This document shows, piece after piece, positions 8,445 through 16,601 of a DNA stretch of 48,083 nt; within the stretch, counting starts at the first letter, position 1, and each line of letters starts with the position of its first letter. Made by a program: the position numbers and the translations under genes. Source of the DNA: a virus. The DNA lies in IMG/VR virus record IMGVR_UViG_3300005096_000100, positions 1 to 48,083 of that record; one strand, written 5' to 3'. The notes below the pieces were generated by a model. That model worked only from the letters and a program-made list of their open reading frames with translations, did no database searches and was not told the origin of the DNA.

Positions 8445-9136
8445 ATCCTCATAGGGTGTGAGAATTCACATCCATTATTACTTTCTCTACACTCGTCGAT
8501 ATCCTCTATAGTTAGCCCGCGTTTGTTGCATGCGCTACAAGCGAATAGCATGGGCGGTGTTGTCGGCGGAAGAGGCGCATCGTCAGCATCCAAGATAGCC
8601 ATCATGGCTTGGTAATTTTTTAACATGTCCTTACAAGAGGCGTAAGGGCAATTAGCATTACTATCACTGCACTTCTCAATGTCTTCTATAGTCAGGTCAC
8701 GGCTACCACACGATAAGCAATTCGTCAACAAGTCGGAAGCACTCCGCCTCTCCACAGTAGGATAAGACATCTTCAAATAGTTCCTCATATGGCAGCGAGG
8801 GTCTTCGCATCGGGCGATACTTAGTAAACTGACATTGTTCCTACGACACATACGGCAATCCCATGACGACTCACTGTCCTCCGGTACCCCATCTTTTGTA
8901 TGCAGCATATTGATAGTTTCAGCGTAGCCTTTGATGTCGTCCACACTGTCTTGATGGTCTGGCGTCTGCACTAGCCGAGATACGTTAACTAGGATCATGT
9001 AGAGAGCGTGCTTGACCTTCGGATCAGAGCAAACTTCAAGGCTTCTAGCCATGGACGATATGCGCTCGAAGTCATCCCGAGGATGACCGTAGGTTTTGCC
9101 ACGTTCTTCTGTCAATTTCTTGCTGATGTCAGTCAT
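8441..9136 (-). CDS. DUF6378/MazG-like all-alpha N-domain fused to three Cys-rich modules (231 aa)
   Basis: The N-terminal pattern GKTYGHP...F..I......KHALYMILVNVSRL...HQDSVDDIKGYA matches my recollection of the phage DUF6378 family. The C-terminal half has three CxxC...LTIEDI(E/D)xC....C modules. Confidence 0.5.
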   Translation of the reverse strand: MTDISKKLTEERGKTYGHPRDDFERISSMARSLEVCSDPKVKHALYMILVNVSRLVQTPDHQDSVDDIKGYAETINMLHTKDGVPEDSESSWDCRMCRRNNVSLLSIARCEDPRCHMRNYLKMSYPTVERRSASDLLTNCLSCGSRDLTIEDIEKCSDSNANCPYASCKDMLKNYQAMMAILDADDAPLPPTTPPMLFACSACNKRGLTIEDIDECRESNNGCEFSHPMRI

Positions 9137-9639
9137 AGTTCTTCCTTATTTCGTCCATAAAAAGCTAGTAAAGCAGCTTCACATCGTCCATCTAATAGGC
9201 CACCGTTCGGACCAAACCACAGCGTTTCATTGTCGGGAAATAGTTCTAGGCATTTAAGCAATGCTGTTTCTTTATTCGCTCCTATGCCAAAGAAGTTTTT
9301 CCAGATCGTAGGACGGATTAACCTATACTCATACTCCAGCGCCGATAGTACGCCCCGGATAACTCCGAAAGATTGACCAAACGAAAACATCGAAGACACC
9401 CCCTGTCCAGGCATAGCACTGACACTTTCTAAATATACTGTACCGTTTAAACTATCCATTAAACTGACTAAAACTAGTTCATCAATCTCCCGACGTTTTT
9501 TACTTTTCCGAGATTTCGTAGCTACGTCGCGTACTGGAATATCCCACACCCGTAGAGCGCCGTCAGGTTTAAGGTGCGCGATAGCACCAGATACGCCAGG
9601 GTCTATACCTACCGTAGTACACTTAAATGTGCTAGTCAT
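9133..9639 (-). CDS. RuvC-like Holliday junction resolvase
   Basis: N-terminal VGIDPGVSGAIA (catalytic Asp motif), ESVSAMPGQG, and C-terminal DGRCEAALLA. Typical of the phage RuvC fold. Confidence 0.75.
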   Translation of the reverse strand: MTSTFKCTTVGIDPGVSGAIAHLKPDGALRVWDIPVRDVATKSRKSKKRREIDELVLVSLMDSLNGTVYLESVSAMPGQGVSSMFSFGQSFGVIRGVLSALEYEYRLIRPTIWKNFFGIGANKETALLKCLELFPDNETLWFGPNGGLLDGRCEAALLAFYGRNKEEL

Positions 9640-9836
9640 TCTACGTCCTTTAAGATGAGTAAGTATTTTCCATCGGCTCGGTCAAACGTACCGTCGATCA
9701 CTAGATACCGACCACACGTGTCTCCTATGTCGTTATCTTCGTAGGTATCACGTGATACCTCTCGCACGTGGTAGTTAGATAGTGGGCTTGTGCGCCTAGC
9801 TAACATATCTCTCCATCTGGTGAATTTTAGTATCAT
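9636..9836 (-). CDS. Hypothetical protein (66 aa)
   Basis: Overlaps both neighbours by 4 nt. Contains palindrome copy 9744..9759, read as VSRDT. Confidence 0.5.
   Translation of the reverse strand: MILKFTRWRDMLARRTSPLSNYHVREVSRDTYEDNDIGDTCGRYLVIDGTFDRADGKYLLILKDVE
9744..9759. repeat. Palindrome, perfect (intragenic)
   Basis: Inside 9636..9836, read as VSRDT. Confidence 0.95.
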
Positions 9837-11977
9837 TTCTTATATACCTTTCCTTCCCAAGCATCAACTTTAATAGGGTAGTCTGCGGACCACCCGCCAC
9901 GTTTAGCGTACTCCGCCATTATCTCCGTAACTTCCTTAACGCTGCCAAACTTCGCACTTTGTTCGGTCACGATTTCATCGTATACAGAAAATATTATTTT
10001 ATAGCCATGCTCCCGAAGACCGAACATCGCGGGTATTAGTATCTCCCTAGACGTGGCCTGTGTTGCGTTCTCCGCCAGCTTTCCGCCGTAGGTCCAAACC
10101 CGTATCCATTGCCCGGATTTCTGCGACATGTAAGTTAGTTGTAAGCGTTCTTGGCAGTAGCAAGTCCCGTCCGCGCAGTCTTGCCATTCTGATGGCTTAT
10201 GCCATTGCGGCATGGTTAACCGTAGCTCTGGTTTGAAATACCAGATACGCTTACCGTTAGGTAGGCGCATCGACAACCAATCGTCAATCATCTTGAAACT
10301 TATTTCGTTTACATACGTCTCTCTACCGGTGTTGAGACACTCAATAGCTGCTCGTTCTAAGGCATACCAAAAGTCTACGATAGCTGGATGCTTAGCTCTC
10401 CATGCTTGACAAATCTCTATGATACGTTCGTCCGTATGTGTGTCAGAGTTGTCGAATTTACGCCATGCTCCTAACGCGCCTTGGTACCCGAAAGCTAATT
10501 CCCCAGTTTTGCCATCGAAGCGTTCTGCTGGATATTTGTGTTTAAATAAATCTTTGTCACGTTTGGCTAACGCCACAGCGTCGGGAGGTAAGTTATGGAT
10601 AGAACAACCCATCAACTCATATATGGGGTCGCCGCGATGGAAAGCTTCTACTTTCCATTCTTCTTCCGCTAGGCACGCTAGAAGTACGGCTTCGATCGAT
10701 ACGAAATCTCCAGCGATTATCCTGTTACCTTTGTCGGCGACTATATGGTGTCGAGAGGCTTTACCGACGGCCTCCATCGCATCACCGTACATAATGTCAA
10801 GCCATACAGGGTCACGGTGCCGTAAATCTTTTATCAGTTGATCGGGCGGAACACCTTCGAAACCTTTAGATAGGTTTAGTATCTGAAAACCTTGCGCCGT
10901 CCATCGCCCTGTACTCGCCCCATGATATTTCGATTGGAACCTAGCACGCCCATCCCTACCTCGGTGCCGGATCATTGCGGCTAGTTTCTTAGTCGAAGCT
11001 TTATTATACTTCACCCGTATCTGTAATGCCCGAAGTGTTTCTCCCTCTGGCATAAAATTCTTTTCACCTTCCAGTACTTCCTCTATGTACTCCGCTTGGA
11101 GATTGTCCATAGGCACATCGCGATCTTCTAACCACTCCATAATTCTAGCGTGCTGCGTAGGAGCAAAGCCAGTTATCTCTTTGAATTCGTCGTAGAGTTC
11201 TGACGCTCTGACATCAACTATAGCCATCGCATCGTCAATACTGTTTTCGTTCAATAACAGCCCACGAATATTTATCTCTTGGTCAAGCCGAAACACTAGT
11301 AACTCTGTTTCAGGAAGATCGCCGAGATAGCTACTGATGCCTTGCTGCTGTCTTATGTCGTCCGCACAGTACTCTACAAACTTCATAAAATCTTCGCAGT
11401 AATATCCCCCATCCTCTCTAGCATCTGGGTTATTTTCCCGCTCGGTAGCCGTCATGTCCCCCCACTCTACCCATTCATGGTCTGGGATATGGTCCTTAGC
11501 GGTCTTAAGATGTAGCTTAGAGTACTTAGTGATGAGCCTACCACCTTCAGGGTTCTTCCCTGGTAGCCCAATCACTTTAGCCAACCTGTCCAGTCCTGGA
11601 GGCATTGAATAGTATGAAGCGGTGGCCATGGTGTCACGCCATTGGTGCGGGAGAACTTCGATCCAACCGTGCTTAGGTATGCAGATGTTAGTCCAGATAG
11701 CGTACTCGAAATGCGACCCGTGAACTTCAAGGCTGTCTCCATCCATTAACGCCACGTAAAGATCGCGCGGCATATCACGATCAATACTGCCACCGTTCAC
11801 CCAAGCTTGGATATCCGCCAGTTCTTTACCCGGCCACCAGGATTGGATATCCGCATCACCTATGCCATAAGCGCAGCAAATAACTTCCGTTGTTGGGTCT
11901 TCCGAATAGCACCACGACCCCACCTTCTTAAGGTCAGCGTAGCTCTTAGTCTCGAAATCGAAAGCGATGATCGCCAT
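9833..11977 (-). CDS. Family A DNA polymerase with 3-5 exonuclease domain
   Basis: 714 aa. Exo I FDFET at the N-terminus. Pol motifs GDFVSIEAVLLA (A), KTGELAFGYQGALG (B-like) and SVYDEIVTE (C). Confidence 0.9.
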   Translation of the reverse strand: MAIIAFDFETKSYADLKKVGSWCYSEDPTTEVICCAYGIGDADIQSWWPGKELADIQAWVNGGSIDRDMPRDLYVALMDGDSLEVHGSHFEYAIWTNICIPKHGWIEVLPHQWRDTMATASYYSMPPGLDRLAKVIGLPGKNPEGGRLITKYSKLHLKTAKDHIPDHEWVEWGDMTATERENNPDAREDGGYYCEDFMKFVEYCADDIRQQQGISSYLGDLPETELLVFRLDQEINIRGLLLNENSIDDAMAIVDVRASELYDEFKEITGFAPTQHARIMEWLEDRDVPMDNLQAEYIEEVLEGEKNFMPEGETLRALQIRVKYNKASTKKLAAMIRHRGRDGRARFQSKYHGASTGRWTAQGFQILNLSKGFEGVPPDQLIKDLRHRDPVWLDIMYGDAMEAVGKASRHHIVADKGNRIIAGDFVSIEAVLLACLAEEEWKVEAFHRGDPIYELMGCSIHNLPPDAVALAKRDKDLFKHKYPAERFDGKTGELAFGYQGALGAWRKFDNSDTHTDERIIEICQAWRAKHPAIVDFWYALERAAIECLNTGRETYVNEISFKMIDDWLSMRLPNGKRIWYFKPELRLTMPQWHKPSEWQDCADGTCYCQERLQLTYMSQKSGQWIRVWTYGGKLAENATQATSREILIPAMFGLREHGYKIIFSVYDEIVTEQSAKFGSVKEVTEIMAEYAKRGGWSADYPIKVDAWEGKVYKK

Positions 11978-12017
11978 GGTGCTACCCTTTTTTAGACTAG
12001 GTTACGGACGACCTGAA

Positions 12018-12575
<558 letters not shown>

Positions 12576-12598
12576 GGTTCTCTTCCTTCAAGTTGGGG

Positions 12599-12614
12599 GA
12601 TATCACGTGATACC
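12599..12614. repeat. Palindrome, 1 mismatch (GATATCACGTGATACC)
   Basis: Intergenic, 24 nt upstream of start 12575. Confidence 0.9.
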
Positions 12615-12621
12615 AGTTAAA

Positions 12622-13200
12622 CTATCTAGATTTGCCTTCTATTTTTTTAGCAGCTTGATTGATGGTCCGTTCGGGTGCTTCTTTTAAAACTTTGTACCAA
12701 GGTCTGTTCTCTACCGGCTTAAGGTCATGGCTACGAATGAGATAGTACGTTTTAGGTCTTAGGTGGTTCAACAAATCTGGGTTGGTTACAAACAACCTAA
12801 ACATTTCTGCGAACCACTCGGCGTCATTAGGGCAATACCCCGTCAACTTACGTTCTCCTGATTTAGCCCGTAACCCCACGCTAAATTCAGAATGATAACG
12901 GTCCTGTGTTTTACCTAGACCAAAATCGATAGCGTGGCCTAATTCGTGTGCTAAGACGCCATAAGGTGTGCGATCTATTACATATCCGGGGAATGACCAA
13001 GCCCTAGCTGCAAATCCTATGTTAGCGCATTTAGCTGGGCATACATGTATAGTATGGTACCTGTAGTAAGCGCATACTCCAAAACGCCAATCGTCAATGT
13101 GCGTTTTTTCTATAGAAGGACAACTCATGTTGTTTATTTGACAAAATTCTTCTATTAAATCTTGACCAGCCATAGTAAGCAAAGCTTTAGACATTCCCAT
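12622..13200 (-). CDS. HExxH zinc metallopeptidase-like protein (192 aa)
   Basis: The motif VLAHELGHAIDFG resembles ImmA/IrrE-type or other minimal zincins. A GGGAG RBS is present. Confidence 0.5.
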   Translation of the reverse strand: MGMSKALLTMAGQDLIEEFCQINNMSCPSIEKTHIDDWRFGVCAYYRYHTIHVCPAKCANIGFAARAWSFPGYVIDRTPYGVLAHELGHAIDFGLGKTQDRYHSEFSVGLRAKSGERKLTGYCPNDAEWFAEMFRLFVTNPDLLNHLRPKTYYLIRSHDLKPVENRPWYKVLKEAPERTINQAAKKIEGKSR

Positions 13201-13211
13201 AAGGTGTGCTC

Positions 13212-13255
13212 CCTAAAATTAACACCGCCACGGCACCCGAAGATACCGTGGCGGT
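13212..13255 (-). terminator. Rho-independent terminator after the DUF2815 gene
   Basis: Perfect 10-bp stem ACCGCCACGG/CCGTGGCGGT with a 12-nt loop, followed on the minus strand by GTTAATTTTA. Confidence 0.55.
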
Positions 13256-13262
13256 TGGTAGC

Positions 13263-13904
13263 TTAGTCGCGAGCTTTGCGGGACCGACGCTTACGAGTTG
13301 CGCCACCCGTACCTGTGCCGGTCTTGCTGAACAAGCTGGACCGATCCGCCGAACGGATCAACGGTTCGCCATCTCCCGTCTTCTGGAAAGCGGACAGGTA
13401 GAACTTCATAGCATTATTGCCATCGTCATCCTCGTAGTATCCGATGTTAGCGGCGACTTCACCATAGCAACCGGGGTAGACTGCGGCCTTACGAACAGGC
13501 TCAATGGGCTCGACTTCTTCATCGAACACTTGGATGCCTCCCGGCCCGTCAGAACCATCCAAACAATAGATTGTGTTTGCACGGATAACGACCATCTTAT
13601 CGTAAGCGTCACCATCCTTATTTTTCTTGCGGCGCTTCTTAGCAAGGCGATTACCGTCGAGAAGAGGGATAACCAAATCCTCATCATCCCCGGCACCCTC
13701 GCCCCAATGCTCGTCCGCCGCATCGAACAGCTTGTTTTCCAAATCGATCAACGCAGGATCATCTTCGGGGATCGCAATTTCGATCTTATACGAAGGTACT
13801 GCTTTATCGTTGAAAGCATCCTTAACAAACAGCGAGCAGTTAATCACCCGGCCACGGGGCAGGGTGAAGGTAGTGTCTTGATTGTCGTCTTTGTTCTTAG
13901 CCAT
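13263..13904 (-). CDS. DUF2815-type ssDNA-binding protein
   Basis: 213 aa, directly downstream of the DUF2800 gene as in the conserved DUF2800-DUF2815-PolA module. The N-terminal FTLPRGRV...SLF pattern fits. Confidence 0.6.
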   Translation of the reverse strand: MAKNKDDNQDTTFTLPRGRVINCSLFVKDAFNDKAVPSYKIEIAIPEDDPALIDLENKLFDAADEHWGEGAGDDEDLVIPLLDGNRLAKKRRKKNKDGDAYDKMVVIRANTIYCLDGSDGPGGIQVFDEEVEPIEPVRKAAVYPGCYGEVAANIGYYEDDDGNNAMKFYLSAFQKTGDGEPLIRSADRSSLFSKTGTGTGGATRKRRSRKARD

Positions 13905-13909
13905 GGTAG

Positions 13910-15127
13910 TTAGCCTTTCTTAATAGGTTTGAAGAGCGACTTAGCGTCCCTCTTAATGCGACGGCGAGGGTCGCCCTCGACCGCCACGGTGGTACTGCCT
14001 TTGGGTTTGAAGGCCCATCTAGCAGTGAATGCTTTACCTTCCGGTAGCGCATCCAATTGGGCAGGCGATAGAAACGTCGGTTTAGACATCATACGCTTGC
14101 CGAATTTCTTCTTAGCGGCAGTCTCCGCACCTTTCTTGTATTTGCGGTTGCTGCGAGAAGCTACCAGTTTTAACCCCGGTACTTCTTTACCGTTGGTTAG
14201 GAGTTGAAATGCTTTTGTGTTTGCCGCTTTGAAAGCAATCTTCGATAGAGACTGCAATTCAATAATGCGACCAAGCTGTGCGTTCGTTAGAGCGTCCGCA
14301 CCTTTCGTTCCTGAAGCCATCATCAATAATCCTTGTAGTTCTTCCATGGTTTCCATGATCGCGGGGCACTGGTGGCCACGTGCAGGACAGAACCGACAAT
14401 GTTCGCCGGCAACGGTATCACGTGATACCTCTGTGCGTTCCATAGCCGGTACACATTCATCGAACAGCCAAGCGTCTAAGTCATCTGGCGATATCTCCCA
14501 AGTCCTATGAGGCCCATCATGGTGCCAGCCTCGGGGCTGTATGATATGTAGAACAACCTTAGTCACAGTGTCCCAAATCATCAGGTCCTCGATGATGCCA
14601 GCAGCATAGTAAAGACATTGCGGGTTCTTCTCGACTTCAACTACGATGCCTGCGCCATGCTTGTAATCGTAGACATGTAGTACGTTTTCTTCCGAGAAGT
14701 ATGAAAAGTCCGACATGCTATAGAAATCAGGATGTATGCCAGGACAGTGGAACCTGCGTTCGACCCAAGAATTACCTTGGTTCCGGTCAGGGTGCCATTC
14801 ATTGACGATATGCAGGAAATACTGCACCGCGTCAGCCATCTCTTTAGTGACTGTAACAAGTAAACCACTGTTGTATTCTAATGGTACGTCGCCATCTTCG
14901 TAAATTTTGCCATCCGATGTTATGATGTGTCCGATTAACTCCCAAGGTTCATGACCGTGGGAGAGGCACAGTTCTGCAAGGACATGCGCAGCTTGGCCCT
15001 CACGAGTATAGTCTTCGCCGTCGTTAGTCAGCCCGTCACTCTGGTAGACGGAACCGGAACACACCATCCATCGATGTGCCCCGCTTCCGCCCAGAGGTGA
15101 GTGAGCTTTCAATTCACTCACTGCCAT
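13910..15127 (-). CDS. DUF2800-type PD-(D/E)XK (Cas4/RecB-like) nuclease
   Basis: 405 aa. N-terminal GGSGAHRWMVCSGS, central D..Y.YKHG, and a C-terminal Cys cluster CRFCPARGHQCP. Confidence 0.7.
   Translation of the reverse strand: MAVSELKAHSPLGGSGAHRWMVCSGSVYQSDGLTNDGEDYTREGQAAHVLAELCLSHGHEPWELIGHIITSDGKIYEDGDVPLEYNSGLLVTVTKEMADAVQYFLHIVNEWHPDRNQGNSWVERRFHCPGIHPDFYSMSDFSYFSEENVLHVYDYKHGAGIVVEVEKNPQCLYYAAGIIEDLMIWDTVTKVVLHIIQPRGWHHDGPHRTWEISPDDLDAWLFDECVPAMERTEVSRDTVAGEHCRFCPARGHQCPAIMETMEELQGLLMMASGTKGADALTNAQLGRIIELQSLSKIAFKAANTKAFQLLTNGKEVPGLKLVASRSNRKYKKGAETAAKKKFGKRMMSKPTFLSPAQLDALPEGKAFTARWAFKPKGSTTVAVEGDPRRRIKRDAKSLFKPIKKG
14414..14429. repeat. Palindrome, perfect (intragenic)
   Basis: Inside the DUF2800 nuclease gene, read as VSRDT. 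Confidence 0.95.
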
Positions 15128-15130
15128 TTC

Positions 15131-15667
15131 TTAGTCCCCATCTTCGAGTTCAAGGTTCACTTCATCGATGAACTTCTGACGCTCCTTCGCCGGGATATCG
15201 TCAAGCTTACCCGTCTTAGAATAGTCAGCGATGATCTGCCCAGTGAATTTAGCGCCCAAGACTTCAGCAGCGTCAGAAGCGACCTTTGCTACGTCTTCCT
15301 TGGTCGGACCATCGTCGTCACTGTCGTCCTTCTTCGAACGACGACGGCGCTTCGGCCTCTCTTCGGCCTCTTCCTCTTCCGGCTCTTCGTCCTTCTTCGA
15401 ACGACGACGGCGCTTCGGCCTCTCTTCGGCCTCTTCCTCTTCCGGCTCTTCGACCTTCTTCGAACGACGGCGTTGGCGTTTGGGCTTCTCCGGTTCCGCC
15501 TCTTCCTCTTCAGATGTCTCGCTACCGTTTGCTTCCTCCAGCAAATTAAGCAAGCGAGGGACATCATCGGGTTCGAGTTCCTCACCACGAGGCATTACAG
15601 CTTCGATAGAGACGTAACGTTCTCCACCGTCGCCAATCTCAACACTGATTTTCTTAATCTCTGGCAT
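15131..15667 (-). CDS. Highly charged repeat protein (178 aa)
   Basis: Contains 2.7 in-frame copies of a 21-aa unit (SKKDEEPEEEEAEERPKRRRR) encoded by the 63-bp tandem repeat. Confidence 0.6.
   Translation of the reverse strand: MPEIKKISVEIGDGGERYVSIEAVMPRGEELEPDDVPRLLNLLEEANGSETSEEEEAEPEKPKRQRRRSKKVEEPEEEEAEERPKRRRRSKKDEEPEEEEAEERPKRRRRSKKDDSDDDGPTKEDVAKVASDAAEVLGAKFTGQIIADYSKTGKLDDIPAKERQKFIDEVNLELEDGD
15326..15511. repeat. 63-bp tandem repeat, ~2.7 copies
   Basis: Units start at 15326, 15389 and 15452. The first two are near-identical. The repeat is in frame in 15131..15667. Confidence 0.9.
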
Positions 15668-15712
15668 AACGTCTTTCTCCTGGTTATGGGATCGTTTGAT
15701 CCCCGATTAAGG

Positions 15713-15952
15713 CTATTTCATGTGGACGTGTTTAGTCGCCCACATCAAAGCCTGTTCAGCGTTCGTTCTTGCGAGCGCTAACTCCCTACTTGTGCCTATG
15801 TTGGAACAAGTATCTATAAATTCCTTAATAATTTTGGACAACTCATGGGCTTGATTTATCGAAGACCTTGCCCTCGCATCAGCTTGCGCCGCTAAACCAT
15901 CTTCGATAATCTTACCAGCGACATCAACTTCTCTATCTCTAGTCTCATCCAT
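15713..15952 (-). CDS. Hypothetical protein (79 aa)
   Basis: ATG at 15952 has a GGGAGAAG RBS, whereas the track start at 15967 is TTG. A palindrome copy lies 21 nt upstream. Confidence 0.5.
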   Translation of the reverse strand: MDETRDREVDVAGKIIEDGLAAQADARARSSINQAHELSKIIKEFIDTCSNIGTSRELALARTNAEQALMWATKHVHMK

Positions 15953-15972
15953 AGCGTCTTCTCCCAAGTTGA

Positions 15973-15988
15973 GGTATCACGTGATACC
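15973..15988. repeat. Palindrome, perfect
   Basis: Intergenic, 21 nt upstream of start 15952. Confidence 0.95.
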
Positions 15989-16015
15989 TGGTAACGCCCG
16001 CATCATCGCGAACGA

Positions 16016-16044
16016 ATTCTACAAATTCTCTTGAGCCTTCTTAA
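16016..16044 (-). promoter_or_regulatory. Sigma70-like promoter candidate TTAAGA-17-TAGAAT
   Basis: Read on the minus strand inside the 3-prime end of 16019..16600. Palindrome 15973 would lie in the 5-prime UTR. Confidence 0.3.
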
Positions 16045-16600
16045 CCCATCGCCGCGCAGCTTCTCCCGCAGCAGCGGCACCGGTTAACGCGTAGTTATGT
16101 TTACCGACAGACAGCGTGTCGCAGCCTGCGATGAATTTCTCAATGTGACCTAAGAGAGTGCTTAAATCCTCACCTGGCTTTTCAGATAGATGACAGTCAC
16201 ACCATTGAATTGGGTAAGCTGGTTTATTGTGTAATATCGCACAATCGGAAGCATGCGCAGCCTCTTTAAGGACGCCATCTTCTTCCACTTTGGCAGTGAG
16301 TACCTCGTTCTTAAACTCATCCCAAGCTTCTTGCCACTCATCCATAAAGACTGAAGGCTCACATTTCTGTACAGAATGCGACGACATGGGCGAAGGAGGA
16401 AAAATTGATGCAGTAGCTATAACGGCTTCTCCAAGCAACACTTCTATAGTGCCCCTACCCTTACTCACTATTATATTTTCCAAATAGGTTAAATCCCGCC
16501 TATTGTACTTGAGGTTTCTAAACTTAACCAAGTAACCCTCGCGCATAGCCCAGCCAACTAAATGCCGAGCATCATCATAGTAGTGATCTAATTTAGTCAT
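16019..16600 (-). CDS. Hypothetical protein (193 aa)
   Basis: The ORF starts 2 nt after the SNF2 gene stop. No motif recognised. Confidence 0.55.
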   Translation of the reverse strand: MTKLDHYYDDARHLVGWAMREGYLVKFRNLKYNRRDLTYLENIIVSKGRGTIEVLLGEAVIATASIFPPSPMSSHSVQKCEPSVFMDEWQEAWDEFKNEVLTAKVEEDGVLKEAAHASDCAILHNKPAYPIQWCDCHLSEKPGEDLSTLLGHIEKFIAGCDTLSVGKHNYALTGAAAAGEAARRWVKKAQENL

Positions 16601-16601
16601 T

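Noticed and set aside
13206-13913. 235-aa plus-strand ORF (and 13406..13723, 13627..13881).
   Set aside because: It lies entirely antisense to, or out of frame with, the DUF2815-type gene. It has no RBS and a low-complexity composition, so it is a shadow ORF.
15101-15781. 226-aa plus-strand ORF and several nested ORFs over 15231..15617.
   Set aside because: They are generated by the 63-bp tandem repeat, which stays open in several frames. The minus-strand gene fits the operon, with an RBS and tight spacing.
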